A DNA stretch of 64,000 nt from the human T2T-CHM13v2.0 reference genome, Homo sapiens. Every line of letters begins with the position of its first letter. Positions within the stretch are counted from its first letter, which is position 1. The stretch is from NCBI RefSeq assembly GCF_009914755.1, contig NC_060938.1. One strand, 5' to 3'. The notes under the pieces were generated by a model. It was not told where the DNA came from. It made no database searches and worked only from the letters and a program-made list of their open reading frames with translations. This document shows, piece after piece, positions 40,000-53,330 of the stretch. The translations under genes and the position numbers were made by a program.

Positions 40000-40313
40000 G
40001 TTGTTGTTTTATTGTATTTATTTATTTATTTGAGATAGGGTCTCCCTCTGTTGCCAAGGCTGGAGTGATCCTCCCAGACACAAGTGATTCTCCCACCTCA
40101 GCTTGGCTCAAGTGATTCTCCCACCTCAGCTTCCTGAGTAGCTGGGTCCACAGGTTCCCATCATCACACCTAGATAATTTTTGTATTTTTTTTTTGTAGA
40201 GACATGTTTTCTCAGTATTGCCCAGTCTGATCTCGAACTGCTGGGCTCAAACGATCCTTCCACCCGGGCCTCCCAAAGTACTAGGATGACAGGCTATTTG
40301 ACCAGGCCCGGCC
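40000..40313 (-). mobile_element. AluJ with an internal 24-bp duplication
   Basis: 'gataggg tctccctctg', 'gggctcaaacgatcc'; TSD core aaatagcag at 39984-39992 and 40314-40322; caagtgattctcccacctcagctt twice. Confidence 0.9.
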
Positions 40314-42258
40314 AAATAGCAGTATTTTAATATAGGTTTGTGTCTTAGGACTTTTTTGTTTTACAGTTTATTTGCTTTTTTTTTTTTAAGGTTTTAAAGA
40401 TGAAGACAATGGGACAATTTTAAATGATAGACCAGAGGCATTTGGTGGAATGCTGACATTTGTCTTAAGTGTTTGCTTCAAATATATTCTCTAGACACTT
40501 TAAAGGAAATAATCTATCATTTCGTATTTGTTTGCTAAAACTACAATGTAGTACTAGTTCCCCTCTTTCCCTCTCTTCCATGGGTTAAATGGAATTACAA
40601 TAGATATAAAACCATAAATTATTTAAAGTATAAAAAATAATTGTCATGAATGACCTGTTGAAAATTAAAATAACACAGATGCTGCTAAATTTAAGAAGCT
40701 GCTATCTCCCCAAGGAGCAGTTAATGGATTTATACATAATTTTATATTAGATTCTTCTGCTTTATACTATAGAAGGCAACTAGTTGTAAAATAGTAGAAT
40801 TTTAGTGTTAAGAGGAAGTAATTTAGAGGATAAAAATTAGCTGGATTTTGATATGAAGTCTGGACTTTAATGTGGTCTCATAAAACCACTAGTAGCTACC
40901 ACTAAATACAGTAATAAATACAAAGCTAGTACTTCATTAATTTTAAAAAACATGTACATTTAATACATGTTTAATACATGGATATATATTTATAAGACAT
41001 CCAATAAAATAATAGTGTTAAAATAATTTTAGAATTATGAAGATAAATTTTGTTTCTCTTTTTCTATTCATCAAAAAAGAATCATTTTACTCACTACTCA
41101 CTACAGCTATGCTTTCTTTGAGGTCTGATAAGGAGCATATCTTGAAATATTAATCTCTTGAGATATATATTAATGTTTATTAACTATCAGATCACAAACC
41201 TCTTCCTAAAAAAATCTGTTTATAGAATCAATTAAACAGAACAGTGAATCTGTATGCATAGTTTGAAGGACTTTTATCCCAATATAAATCAGAGTAATTG
41301 GAGTATAGATTTAGTTGATTGGAAAACATAACCTATTCTTAGGCTAAGCTTTATCATTTTTAATTTTCTTCTGTTATTTTTATTCCAGAGAAGATATCAT
41401 CACCCTTGTAAAATGATTACTTATATGGTTTCATGGACTAATATAGTTTAGACCCAAAATTCAGAAACTGAAGATCTTACTCTTCGATTATTAAAACTAA
41501 ATTGTCCTGCTTGTAAAATAAAATTAACCTCCATTCTTTAATAAAATGAATATATAATCCAATAAATAACATTCTAGACTAATAGAAGCAGTTTTGCCAA
41601 GCTTGGGCTAATAGGAATTGATGGAATTCTCTTTTACAAATCTGAATCAAACAGGTTGTTGGTTTGATATGAATTATTGTGGTCCAGAATTTTCTCTATA
41701 GTTTTACATCACCTTGTTAATTAAACTAAATAACCCTGGAGGTAATGATGAGCATAATAATATTTTAGGAAAAAATATTAGTAAATTACATATTTAAGAG
41801 TTGTGGCAACTTAGTTTTGTGTTTATAAAACACAGTAAAAAAGTTTCTTATTCCAACATGGAAATAAATACTCATCACATAATGAATTTCTTTCTAACTA
41901 AATATACCAACTGCAAGTCACTATCATTGTGGGGATTTGGTTTTCAAAGATGAAGATAAAGAAGTCCTAAGCAAAAAGAATGAAGTTGGAGACATCACAC
42001 TACCTGATGTCAACCTATACAATAAAGCCACAGTAACCCAAACAGCTTGATATTGGTAAAAAAAAAAAAAAAAACAGACACATAGGCCAATGGAACAGAA
42101 TAAAAAACTCAGAAATAAGCCACACACCTAAAACCATCTGATCTTCGACAAGACCAACAAAATCAAGCAAGGTGGAAAAGTCTTTCTATTCAATAAATGA
42201 TTCTGGGATAACTGACTAGCCATATGTAGAAGGTTTACACTGGGCCGCTACCTTTCAC

Positions 42259-42564
42259 TTTTTAAAATTATTATTATTTTATAGAGACATGGTCTAGCTC
42301 TGTCACTAAGGCAGAAGTGCAGTGACATGGTCATGGCTCACTGCTGCCTCCACCTCCCAGGTTCAAGCAATCCTTGCACCACAGCTACCCAAGTAGCTGG
42401 GACTACAGGTGCATGCGACCACTCACAGCTAATTCTTAATTTTTTCTAGAGATGGGGTCTCTCTAAGTTGCCCAGGCTGGTCTAAAACTTCTGGCCTCAA
42501 GTGGTCCTTACACCTCAGCCTTCCACAGTGCTGTGTAGGCAGGCGGGAGTCACTGTGACTGGCC
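42259..42564 (-). mobile_element. AluJ
   Basis: 'gtcatggctcactgctgcctcc', 'gttgcccaggctggtct...ctggcctcaagtggtcct'. Confidence 0.9.
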
Positions 42565-43402
42565 ATATATAGAAATTAACTCAAAATGGATTAAAGGTTT
42601 AAATGTGAGACCTCAAACTACAGAAATCTTGAAATACAACCTACAGAATACTCTTTCCAACACTGGCCTTGACAAAATAATTTTGTCTAAGTCTCCAAAA
42701 GCACCTGCAACAAAACAAAATGGAAAAGTGGAATCTAATTAAACAAAAGAGCTTCTGTACAGCAAAAGAAACGATCAACAGAGTAAGCAGACACCCTAAA
42801 GAATGGAAAACAAATTTTCAAACTCTGCATCCTACAAAGGTTTAATACCCAGAATCTATAGGGTACTTAAATCTATAAGCAAAAAACAAATAACTCCATT
42901 AAAAAAAATGGGCAAAGGGTGTGAACAGATACTTCTCAAAGGAAGACATACAAGTGGCTCACATGAGAAAATGCTCAACAACACTAATCATCAGAGATGT
43001 GCAAATTAAGACCACAATGAGATACAATCTGACACCAGTCAGAGTGGCTATTATTAAAACAATACAAAAACATCAAATGATGGCTAGGCCGCGGAGTAAA
43101 GGAAGCACTTATACACTATTGAGGGGATGTAAATTAGTCCAGACACTGTGGAAAGTAGTCTGCAGATTTCTCAAAGAACTGAAAACAGAGCTACTATTCG
43201 ACCCAGCAATCCTTACTTGATATATATCCAAATAAAATAAATCATTCTACCAAAAAGACATATGCACTTGTGTGTTCATCACTGTGCTATTAACAATGGC
43301 AAAGAAATAAAATCAACTCAGTTGTTTATCAATGGTAGATTAGATATATAAAATATTGTATATATGTAACAAGGAATACTACACAGCCATAAAGAATGAA
43401 AT

Positions 43403-43460
43403 CTTTTCCTTTGCAGCAACATGGGTGGGTTGAGCCACCCATGTTGCTGCAAAGGAAAAG
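43403..43460. repeat. Perfect 26-bp inverted repeat with a 6-nt loop
   Basis: cttttcctttgcagcaacatgggtgg / gttgag / ccacccatgttgctgcaaaggaaaag. Confidence 0.97.
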
Positions 43461-45277
43461 GTTTTATTATTAAAAAGATTATATTCATTATTATAAATAA
43501 ATTAATACAAAAACAGAAAACCTAATACTGAATGTTCTCACTTATAAGTGGAAACTAAGCATTGAGTATACCTGGCCACAGATATGGGAACAATAGACAC
43601 TGTGGACTACTAGAGCGTAAGGGAATGGGTTAAAAATCTATCTCTCAGGTACTGTACTCACCACCAGAATGATGGGATTAGTACTCCAAACCTCAGCATC
43701 ACACAATTTTTCCACGTAACAAATCTGCACATGTACCCCCGTATCTAAAATAGAAGTTAAAATAAAAAGAGATGAAGCTAAATCCCATGCATAAATACAC
43801 TGAAATTACATACTTTTGTGCTATATACTCAGCAAGCTATCCTGGCACAGGTATATTTTGAATAAACTATGTGCAGTAAATAATTTCACACTTTTAAATT
43901 GGGTTTGTTTGATAGAATAAGATAATTTATAAACTTGAGTAATAAAATGAAAATAGAAGACAGGAAGAATCAAAATAATGCTAAAGGCAATAATTGCTAC
44001 AAGCATCTGAGAAGAGATACTTCTCAGAATGATTACATTAGAAGAAATAGTTTACAAAGTATATGATTTTTATTTCCTGTAGAACTAAGACATTATCTCA
44101 TGAATATTCAAAGGGCACCTACTGCCTTAGGAATACACAAATGGTCATATATGCTTTACATAAAATTATGTACAAAGAATAATATGTTTAGTATAATATA
44201 TATGTTTTAAAAGCATAGCAACTCAAAGTATGAGTTTAGAAAATTTTATAGTATTAAAATTAAATAAAGCAAGCAACAAAGTTTAGTTGAGACAATTTAA
44301 TAGGCTACCTCCCATTGGTAATGCTCTGTTAAATCCACTACTGGGCTGTATATAGGGGCTAGCTTCTGAGTATAAAATAATTTGATTTCCCATTTTATTC
44401 TATCACAACTAATTAACTAAATGCCTTGCAGTTGAACAGAAACTGTTATAACTCAGACAAGAGCTATTATAATTTGAGTTTTCCTTTGGGTTTCTGCCAA
44501 ATTCTTCCTCCAAAAAATAATCACTGATGCACAGGTTTAACTTGATGCTTTGTGTTGTCATAAAAATATAAATGACTTCACAGCCAAATATAATATACTT
44601 CATTTACTTTCCTCATTTATTTACAGTCACTGCATAGTGAAGTTGTTTCTTGGCTTAAAAAATAAACACAACTTCTTAGGCTATTAAATTAATAGAATAC
44701 AACAACTAGAAACAAGTATTTGACCCAGTTTAATTTCATTTTAAAATACATAATCCAAGAAATTTGTCCACAAAATGTAAAGAGACTGTTTTTCTATCAC
44801 CAGCATGTGCTGTGCCCAAGAGATTAAATACAAGTAGTGTAAGTGGAAATTACTGAATTAATTTACTTAAAATGAAAGATAATATCAGCTAGTGGCTTTT
44901 AATCTCAATGTATTTCTGGCAAAAACAAGGCAGGTTGTCATTTTTATAATTTTTGGTGGGAATTTAAATCACCTTTATTAAATATGCGTTATTACTACTT
45001 ATGTAAATAATATTTTTTGAAGAAGAGGGTGCTAAAATAGAACTCCTTTTTGTAAGTTAGGAATATGATGGTAGACACATAAGTAGTGATAGTTAAAATA
45101 ATATGATATCTACTAACAAAAACATTGAAATATGATGGACTTAAATAAGATACTATTGTAGGAAAATTTTTATTTTCAAATGAGCTGATTTGAATTGAGC
45201 TCCATTGGCATGTGGCTTTATAAATACTATAAAATGTCTTTGATTTTATTTTTTTCCTAGCAAATTTTCTTTTCTTT

Positions 45278-45585
45278 CTTTCTTTTTTTTTTTTTTTTTT
45301 TGAGACAGAGTTTTGCTCTTGTTGCCCAGCCTGGTGTGCAGTGGTGGGATCTTGGCTCACTGCAACCTCTGCCTCCCGGGTTCAAGCTATTCTCCTGACC
45401 CAGCTTCCTGATTAGCTGGGATTACAGGTGTGCACCACCATGCCCAGCTAATTTTTTGTATTTTTAGTGGAGATGGGGTTTCATTATGTTGGCCAGGCTG
45501 GTCTCAAACTCCCAAACTCAGGTGATCTATCTGCCTCGGCCTCTCAAAGTGCAGAGATTACAGGCATGAGCCACTGCGCCAGGCC
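45278..45585 (-). mobile_element. AluSp/Sq with TSD
   Basis: 'gagttttgctcttgttgccc'; TSD gcaaattttcttttcttt at 45260-45277 and 45586-45603. Confidence 0.95.
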
Positions 45586-45603
45586 GCAAATTTTCTTTTC
45601 TTT

Positions 45604-45761
45604 TTTCTTTTTTTTAACTTTTATTTTAAGTTCAGGTCTACATGTGCAGGTTTGTTACATAGGTCAATGTGTCATGGGGGTTTGTTGTACAAATTATTTA
45701 ATCATCCAGCTATTAAGCCTAGCACCCATTAGTTATTTTTCCTGATCCTCTCCCTCCTCTT
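45604..45761 (-). mobile_element. Short L1PA 3'-end fragment
   Basis: 'aacttttattttaagttcagg...acatgtgcaggtttgttacataggt...gttatttttcctgatcctctccctcct'. Confidence 0.9.
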
Positions 45762-48494
45762 CAAAGGTGTTTTCTTTGTCTCTAAACCTAGAAAGGTAAT
45801 ATAAGTTGTATGGTTACAGTTGTTAGAAAACAATTGTAAAAGTAAAGTAAAGTTTACAATATTGAAAAGTCAAAGTAAGTAAAAGTGCAGAGTAAACTAC
45901 CTGAAGCAATGGCCATTTTTAAATGGATTTTAACATTTAACCCTTTGAACCACTATTAGATGATGATAAAATTAATCTATGCTACTCTACATTTAATCAT
46001 ATTAAGAAGTAGTTTTGATTAGTAAAGCTTGATGTACTTTAATCAGGAAAATAAAATGCATCAGGCAATAGGGGGATCAAATTATATTCCCAGTGGATAG
46101 GGTTTTAAGACTTCTTGGTAAAAATGAAGTTATTTTCCTGCTTTACCTTCTTTGTACAAAGATCCTCTTAAAATGGGAAACCAACTATTGTAAGCCTTTG
46201 GATCCCCTGAACAGTTTTGTTTTAAGTTAGAATCATTTTCTGAAAACATTCAGTGTCATGAAAGACAGATAAGATAAAATACTGTGTTAAATTTCTCTTT
46301 GGGTAAATTTTCCTCGGCTATGCTTCCATTCTACATTATCTTACACATCAGATTCTTTGCTGTATAATTAATGAAAAGCCCTTTGCTTATGTTTTCATTT
46401 CCTATAATTTTCATACATTATTACAGAACTCTCCAAAGCTAATTGACTGTTTATGTGGCATTAATAGTAAGTAAAATGTCATAGTCTAACGGTCATGTAG
46501 TGCTGAACACCTCTAAAAGGGTGTGTTTTCTGCCGAGGATAGTCTGCCTATATAATGTTAAAAATACTTTGGTACAAATATTGCTATTTCTAAGTCTGTG
46601 TCTTGAGTGTTTGTTAAATGTTGCAGTAACATTTTTTGTCCACAAATGCCAAAACAAAAGTGTTTTTGGTTAAAAAAAAAAAAAAAGATACATCTGAGAA
46701 AATGATCAGTTAAGTGGAATTTTAGATAGAGTGCTGATTGTAGTATTGTTTAGCATCCATAATGATTTTTGCTTGAAATATGTGTTGTGCAATAATATTG
46801 CACAAAACTACGACAGTGAATTACAATTTCCTTGAGAATACCCTTGTAAAACAGGCCTTGTCATTTGCGTTGTTGACATGAAGAAGGCTGTTTCATAAAA
46901 CTACTCATAAATCAAAGCTATCTCCAAGAATATGTAAGATATTTTAATATGTTTTTCTCCTAAAGTATTATCATCTTGGACAAGTTCATGTAGTGTTAGC
47001 TATTTTTAACAACATAATTGCTTTACTTCTATGGTTCTAAATCAGTTGTGTCTGTTTATTTTCCTAATGAAACAGAAATGTTAAAACCTCTTGTTTATAA
47101 AATACCAAGAATTCCAGAAATTTCTTAAGTAAAATGGTATTATTGTTAATTTTTTATCAATAGCGAGTGCACTATGCTCTATTTTCCTGACATTATCAAC
47201 TACCTTATTATATATCTTATGCTTATACTTATTTTCCTGAAATTAACTACTTTGTGTAAACCAAATATGTTTCATTATAATCATTTAAAGGCTTTCATAA
47301 TTTTTGTTGAGTATGTTATCCACGTTTTGCTAAATGTTACATATTGTCAAGCTAAATGTATAACTTTTAATAATATGCACTTCTTTTGTATACACATTAC
47401 TTTGGAATCAGTGAAGTAAGAATTTTGCGTAAAAGCTTTTAGAAGCAGATTTTAATATAGATTATATTAGGCCTACTAAATGATTCCTTTTTTCTTTTAA
47501 TTTCTCTAGTAGTGTATATACTTTATTAACTAACTTTATTTCCAATGAAATAAAATATGCAGCAACACTTCTGCACTGCTATTATTTGGTTGTTTATTTG
47601 TGAAGGGGAAAAATCCACCAAAAGCAAGTAAGTAGGAGAAAGGAAAATATTTAAATGTAGACAAGAATAAATATAAAAGAATTTAAAAGAGTAATGGGAG
47701 GAAGAGTAAAATAGAGATTAAAGAGAAAGAAGAGGTGTGTGGATCAAATGAATTATTAGGTAGGAATAGTGGTTAGATTCGCAAAGCAAATGAGGATAAG
47801 AAAAGGTGTACAGGAAGAAATGGCTAGGTAGGCAGGGAAACAATCGGGTAAGGTTGACCAAGAGGAACTGAAGTCATGCGTCCAGCTTAAAAACAAAAAC
47901 TGTAGGCATAGGAAATCAAGGTTAATTAAGGAAGAGTAAAGCAGGCTTGTAAAACTTGTGTGGACAGAAAATCTAGAAGCCCTGTAATTTAGCAAAATTA
48001 ATATTCATAAGCATATTTGCAGAAATCTGATTTTAGAAAAGCAGCTGCGTACAAATTTGTTTAAAATTGTCCTCTAAGTTTGAGCAGCAATTAACTCATG
48101 CTAACAAAAGGGCATCAGAGACCTGCAGTTGATTACAACAAATGCCAGAATTATCTAAAACTTCCAAAATAAAGTTCCCAGTTTATTTTAGTATTGGTAT
48201 CTATATGTTAATTTAGACGTTCTACATAGACTATTAAATAGTCAACATAAAAACTGAACTGGATCTCCACACTCAGTGACATTACTCTTTCTATTACACA
48301 AAAAGTTTTTGTCAGGAAACTACAATCAATGCTGAAGATACATGTGTAACATTACTAGCAAAATCGCTATTCTCATTTTCTTTGATTCCGAGAAGGACTG
48401 AAACTAGAATGTACTCCTAATCTTTTCCACTGAATGATCATCTTTGATAACCCAAAGGACACTTATTAATGCCCATTTTATTACTCAATTAACC

Positions 48495-48640
48495 AGTCAT
48501 TCTTCCATCTATCGTCTCAACATTTTTTCAGCACCACTTGCATGCCAAGTATTGTGAGAAATACTGATGGAACAGAGATGAACAGAATTGAGAAGAATTT
48601 CTTATAATTAATTCACTTACAGTTAGAAAGCCAAGTTAAT
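48495..48640 (-). mobile_element. L2 3'-end fragment
   Basis: 'caacattttttcagcacc...tgccaagtattgtg...acagagatgaacaga'. Confidence 0.6.
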
Positions 48641-49752
48641 AAGTATGCCCACTAGGAAGAGGACTTTTACTGGGATTAAAAACTCTGACTTAGCTAGTTA
48701 AAGTTTATTTTTGTCAAGTAACTCTCTTTGGTTAGGGAAATATTTTTAAAGTCCCTTATGAATAGAAACTAAGGATTCATGGACATAGCATTTGAGAACA
48801 TTCTAAAATGCTTAGCAAAGTTGTCTACTACAAAGTGAACAGGAAACCAGAGGTGTAACATATTAAAAATGAGAAAAGACAGTGAAACATGGGGAGAGGA
48901 AGAGAAATAAAATAATATGATGGGAGATTGGTGCCTGGATTGATAAAGGGGGTTAAGAGCCCTTTTTAAGAGCAGGGAAACTGGTGTCATTTGAAAATTA
49001 TTTTCTGTACAGTACTGACATACGGCACCTGTAATAAGTTATTCTTAAATGTACAGCCAACAATATTTCTTTTCAGTGATATTATTTGTGACATAGAGCA
49101 GAGGAAGTAAAGAGAACTTTCTGCACTCAAATTGGGTCAGCACTAGATCACTGTGCACAGAAGTCTTATAATTCAGCAAAAGCTGGAAATCAGAGCTAGA
49201 TTGAATAGAAAATAGCAATTGAATGAGAATTGTTGTGTAATAATGAGAGGGCACTGGGTTTCATGCAGGACTTGTGGCAGGATTTGAACCCATTTTCTCT
49301 GGATATTAAGGAGCACCATGCTATACTAAGAATATTAGGATGCTTATTTTCATCCCAACTTGCAAGTGTAACAATAAAGTTTTATAAGGTCACAAGGCAG
49401 ATATCTAACTCTATCATTCTGTCTCTGGAAATAATACTTTTATCTCATAACTCTTCTCATTTTCCTTCTCTTTTCTGTCTTCCAGGGTACCAATTGCTGT
49501 GAACTCTTTTTTATCAATTGACAATAATAATGGTCTTTCAGAATCAAAAGTAAAATTCCTGCCATAAAATGCTGAGCTTGTGTTCTTAGAGTAACTTTTA
49601 CTCCTAGTAATACACAATGAAACTGTTATTGACTCCCAGCTGTCCATGCCGTGAGCTACTAGCCCAGCCTGAGAAAGCATCAACCTGCCCAGGGTATAAG
49701 CCTTTTATTGCTATTGCAGTATTATTCCACTTTCAATATACCTTAACGTCAC

Positions 49753-51530
49753 AGTATTAGTCTGTTCTCACATTGCTATAAGGACATACCTGATGCTCAG
49801 TAATTTATAAAGGAAAGAGTTTTAATTGACTCACAGTTCTACATGGCTGGGAAGGCCTCAGGAAACTTACACTCTTGCCAGAAAGGGAAGCAAACACATC
49901 CTTCTTCACAAGGCAGTAAGGAGAAGTGCATATCTAAGTGGAGGAAAAGTCCCTTATAAAACCATCAGATTTTGTGAGAATTCTCTCACTATCATGAGAA
50001 CAGCATGGAGGTAACCATCCCTATGATTAAATTACCTCCTACCAGGTCTGTCCCATGACACATGGGGATTATAAGAACTACAGTTCAATATGAAATTTGG
50101 GTGGGGACACAGACAAACCATATCATTCCATCCCTGGCCTCTTCCACATCTCATGTCCTCACATTTCAAAACACAATCATGCCCTTCCAACAGTCTTCAA
50201 AAAGCTTAACTCATGCCAGCATTAACTCAAAAGTCCAAGTCCAAAGCCTCATCTGAGAGAAGGCAAGTTCCTTCTGCCTATGAGCTAGTAAAATCAAAAA
50301 CAAGTTAGTTACTTCATAGATACAATGGGGGTACAGCATTAGGCCAATTATTGACTTCTGTGCACCTGCAGGATCAACACTACGTGGAAGATGCCAAGAC
50401 TTGGGGCTTGCACACTCTGAAGCTATGGCCCAAGCTGTAACTTGGCTCCTTTTAGCCACATCTGGAGTGGCTAGGACACAGGGCACCAAGTCCCTAGACT
50501 GCACACGGCAGGGGGGCCCTGGGCCCAGCCCACTAAACCATTTTTTTTCTGCTTGGCCTCTGGGCCTGATGGGAGGGGCTGCTGTGACATTCTCTAGCAT
50601 TCCCTGGAGACATTTTTCCCATTATCTTGGTGATTAGCACTCATCTCCTGTTACTTATGCAAATTTCTGTAGCCAGTTTGAATTTCTCCCCAGAAAGTGG
50701 TTTTATTTATTTTTTTCTACTGCATCATCAGGCTACAAATTTTTAAAACTTGTATGCTCTGCTTCCTCTTGAACACTTTGCTGCTTAGAAATGTCTTCTG
50801 CCACATACGCTAAATCGTCTCTATCTAAAGTTCAAAGTTTCGCAGATCTCCAAGGCAGGGGCAAAATGCTGTCAGGCTGTTTGCATAGCAAGAGGGACCT
50901 TTACTACAGTTCCCAAAAAGTTCCTCATCTTCATCTAAGACCAACTCAGCCTGGACTTCATTGTCCATATCACTACCAGCATTTTGGTCAAAGCCATTCA
51001 ACAAGTCTGTAGGAAGTTCAAAAGTTTCCCACATTTTCCTACCTTCTTCTCTGAGCCCTCCAAACTATTCCAGCCTCTGCCTGTTACCCAGTTCCAAAGA
51101 CACTTCCACATTTTCAGGTATCTTTATAGCAGTGCCCCACTACCCAGTACCAATTTACTATATTAATTAATGCTCACACTGGTATGAAGAACTGCTTGAG
51201 GCTGGGTAATTTATAAAGGAAAGAGTTTTAATTGACTCACAGTTTTGCATGGCTAGGGAGGCCTCAGGAAACTTACAGTCATGTCAGAAGAAGAAGCAAA
51301 CACATCCTTCTTCATGTGGAGGGAGGAGAGAGGGGTGCAGAGCAAAAGGTAGGAGAGGCCCTTTATAAGACCATCAGATCTTGTGAGAACTCACTATCAT
51401 GAGAACAGCATGGAAAGAACTGCTCCCATGATTCATTTACCTTTCACTGGGTCCCTCCCATGACATGTGGGGATTATGGGAACTACAGTTCAAGATGAGA
51501 TATGGATGTGGACACAGCCAAACCGTATCA
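49753..51530 (-). mobile_element. Two-LTR THE1 (B/C-like) element with internal deletion: LTRs 49753-50125 and 51159-51530
   Basis: Paired LTRs; ORF 50825-51034 LLNGFDQNAGSDMDNEVQA; TSD gtcac/atcac. Confidence 0.93.
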
Positions 51531-52639
51531 ATCACCTAGTGTTGATTCCCCTAACTTTTGAGTACATTTGCACTCATATCACAGTGGATGCCTCATAACA
51601 CTTTCTTTTTAAAAAAATTATTCTAGTATATTCTACAGGAAAATTTTAAAGAGCTACCTGAGAAGTAGCTCTTTACAAGAAAGTACAAAGAGTGCAAGCT
51701 TTCTACATATATGAGCTATTTCTTGTTTATTTGATTTTAATACTTTGCAAGTATACACTTAACTAATGATATCTCTCAATTTTGAATATTTTTATATTAA
51801 TAAAATGAGTATCCTTTGAAAACTAAACAGTGTCATGAACATCATACATCTCAGAAAGTTTATCTGGCATTTATTCATGTTAAAATGTTTTTAAAAACTA
51901 TATCAAAATAACTATTGGAATGGACCTGTATATGGCACCATAAATATTAAAGTTTACAATAATTAAACTACAGAGGACATAGACCATATTTTATATTATA
52001 ATTTGTATTTTCACTTTTATTATAGAAAATACAATTTTCCCATTGTTATACCTTCAAGGAGGCAACTTCAAAGAATAATTTATATTGTGCTTTATGTTTC
52101 CACTTGTGCATAAACACTACAAAGGTAGAGTCTATTTTTCAGGGTTATTGATTGTATGAGATACATTTATTTTTATTGATCTTGACATAGCAATTTTTTT
52201 AATTTTTAATTTTTGCGAGTAAATTGTAGCTATTTTTAAAGTAATAATTCGTGGAGAATGTTTGAAATAGTTAATATTAATACTCACTTTTTCAAAGATA
52301 TTTGTTACTTAAAATTGCAGACCTATGTAAGTAAGAGAATCTGTTCAACAGTGTATATACTGCAGCTGTTCAATATAATATAGCTAGCAGTTTAACAAAC
52401 AAGAATAGTATGCTATAGAATTTCAAATTAAAGAAAGTATAGGCTCAAAATAAATTAAAATTAAATAATAAAATTAATTTGAGAATTCACATTAAATTGA
52501 ACTGAAAATTTGGTTAAAATGAAATAATATTCAATCTCAAGAATAATGAGCAAGGCAAGAATTAGAGTAGCCAATTATAATTAAGTATGCCTTAGATCCA
52601 TGATAGAATGATTACAGAAATACATAGACAAAATACTTA

Positions 52640-53330
52640 ACCTTCCATGAAGAAATGAAGTAACGCTTTCTGGGGAAAATGAGAGGGAGGGTGAGACTTG
52701 AAGAATGAATAGGAATTAGACTGACCAATGTTGAGAAAAATGATAGAAGATGAGTCATGACTAAAATGTATGTGATATGAGGCTGGAGATGGACAAGCAG
52801 GCCTTTAGGCACTTTGTAAATGCTAAGTATTTTGACATTTATTTAAGGGCATTGGGAGTCTATGTCATGAAATTAGAAACTGATATGATCATATTTGTCT
52901 TACATTAAGGTTACTGTAATTGTAGCATGAGGAATGGATTGGAGATTAATTAAGAAGCTGCTATAGTAACCACAGAAAGAGACTCTATTGACATAACTAG
53001 GATTGAGGCAGTGGGAATGGTGGAAAGTTGATGGAGATAGAGTAAGATAGAATCAGCTGGCCTTGGTCATTGATTTAATGGGAGAAGTGCAGAGAGAAAA
53101 AAATTGAAGAAATAACAATAATGTTTAGGTTTGTTGCTTGAATAACTAGAGAACTGGCAATACCATTAAGTAAGATGAAAAATAGAAAGAACGGGATAGA
53201 TGTGAGGCCAAGAGAATGCTTTAATTATTTTTGAGCATGCTGAGTTTGAAACATATTTCAGACTTTCAGGTGGAGATATCCAATACGTTAGCTATAGGAA
53301 CTTCAAGTTCAGAATCGGATAGCTGAAAAT
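52640..53330 (-). mobile_element. L2 fragment
   Basis: 'gacttgaagaatgaataggaatt', 'ttttgagcatgctgagtttgaa...caggtggagatatcca'. Confidence 0.75.

Larger units (their letters stand above)
41960..43770 (+). mobile_element. L1 (about PA13-16/PB) ORF2 C-terminus and 3' UTR, split by an AluJ
   Basis: ORF 42921-43220 NRYFSKEDIQVA...IKTTMRYNLTPVRVAII...ELLFDPAI; 3' end 'aacaaatctgcacatgtacccccgtatctaaaataga'. Confidence 0.92.

Noticed and set aside
46785-46805. 10-bp palindrome ttgtgcaata-a-tattgcacaa
   Set aside because: Stems of 10-11 bp can arise by chance in 64 kb of AT-rich DNA and there is no supporting context
51647-51675. 11-bp inverted repeat taaagagctac/gtagctcttta
   Set aside because: Borderline by chance; no consensus available to show an insertion
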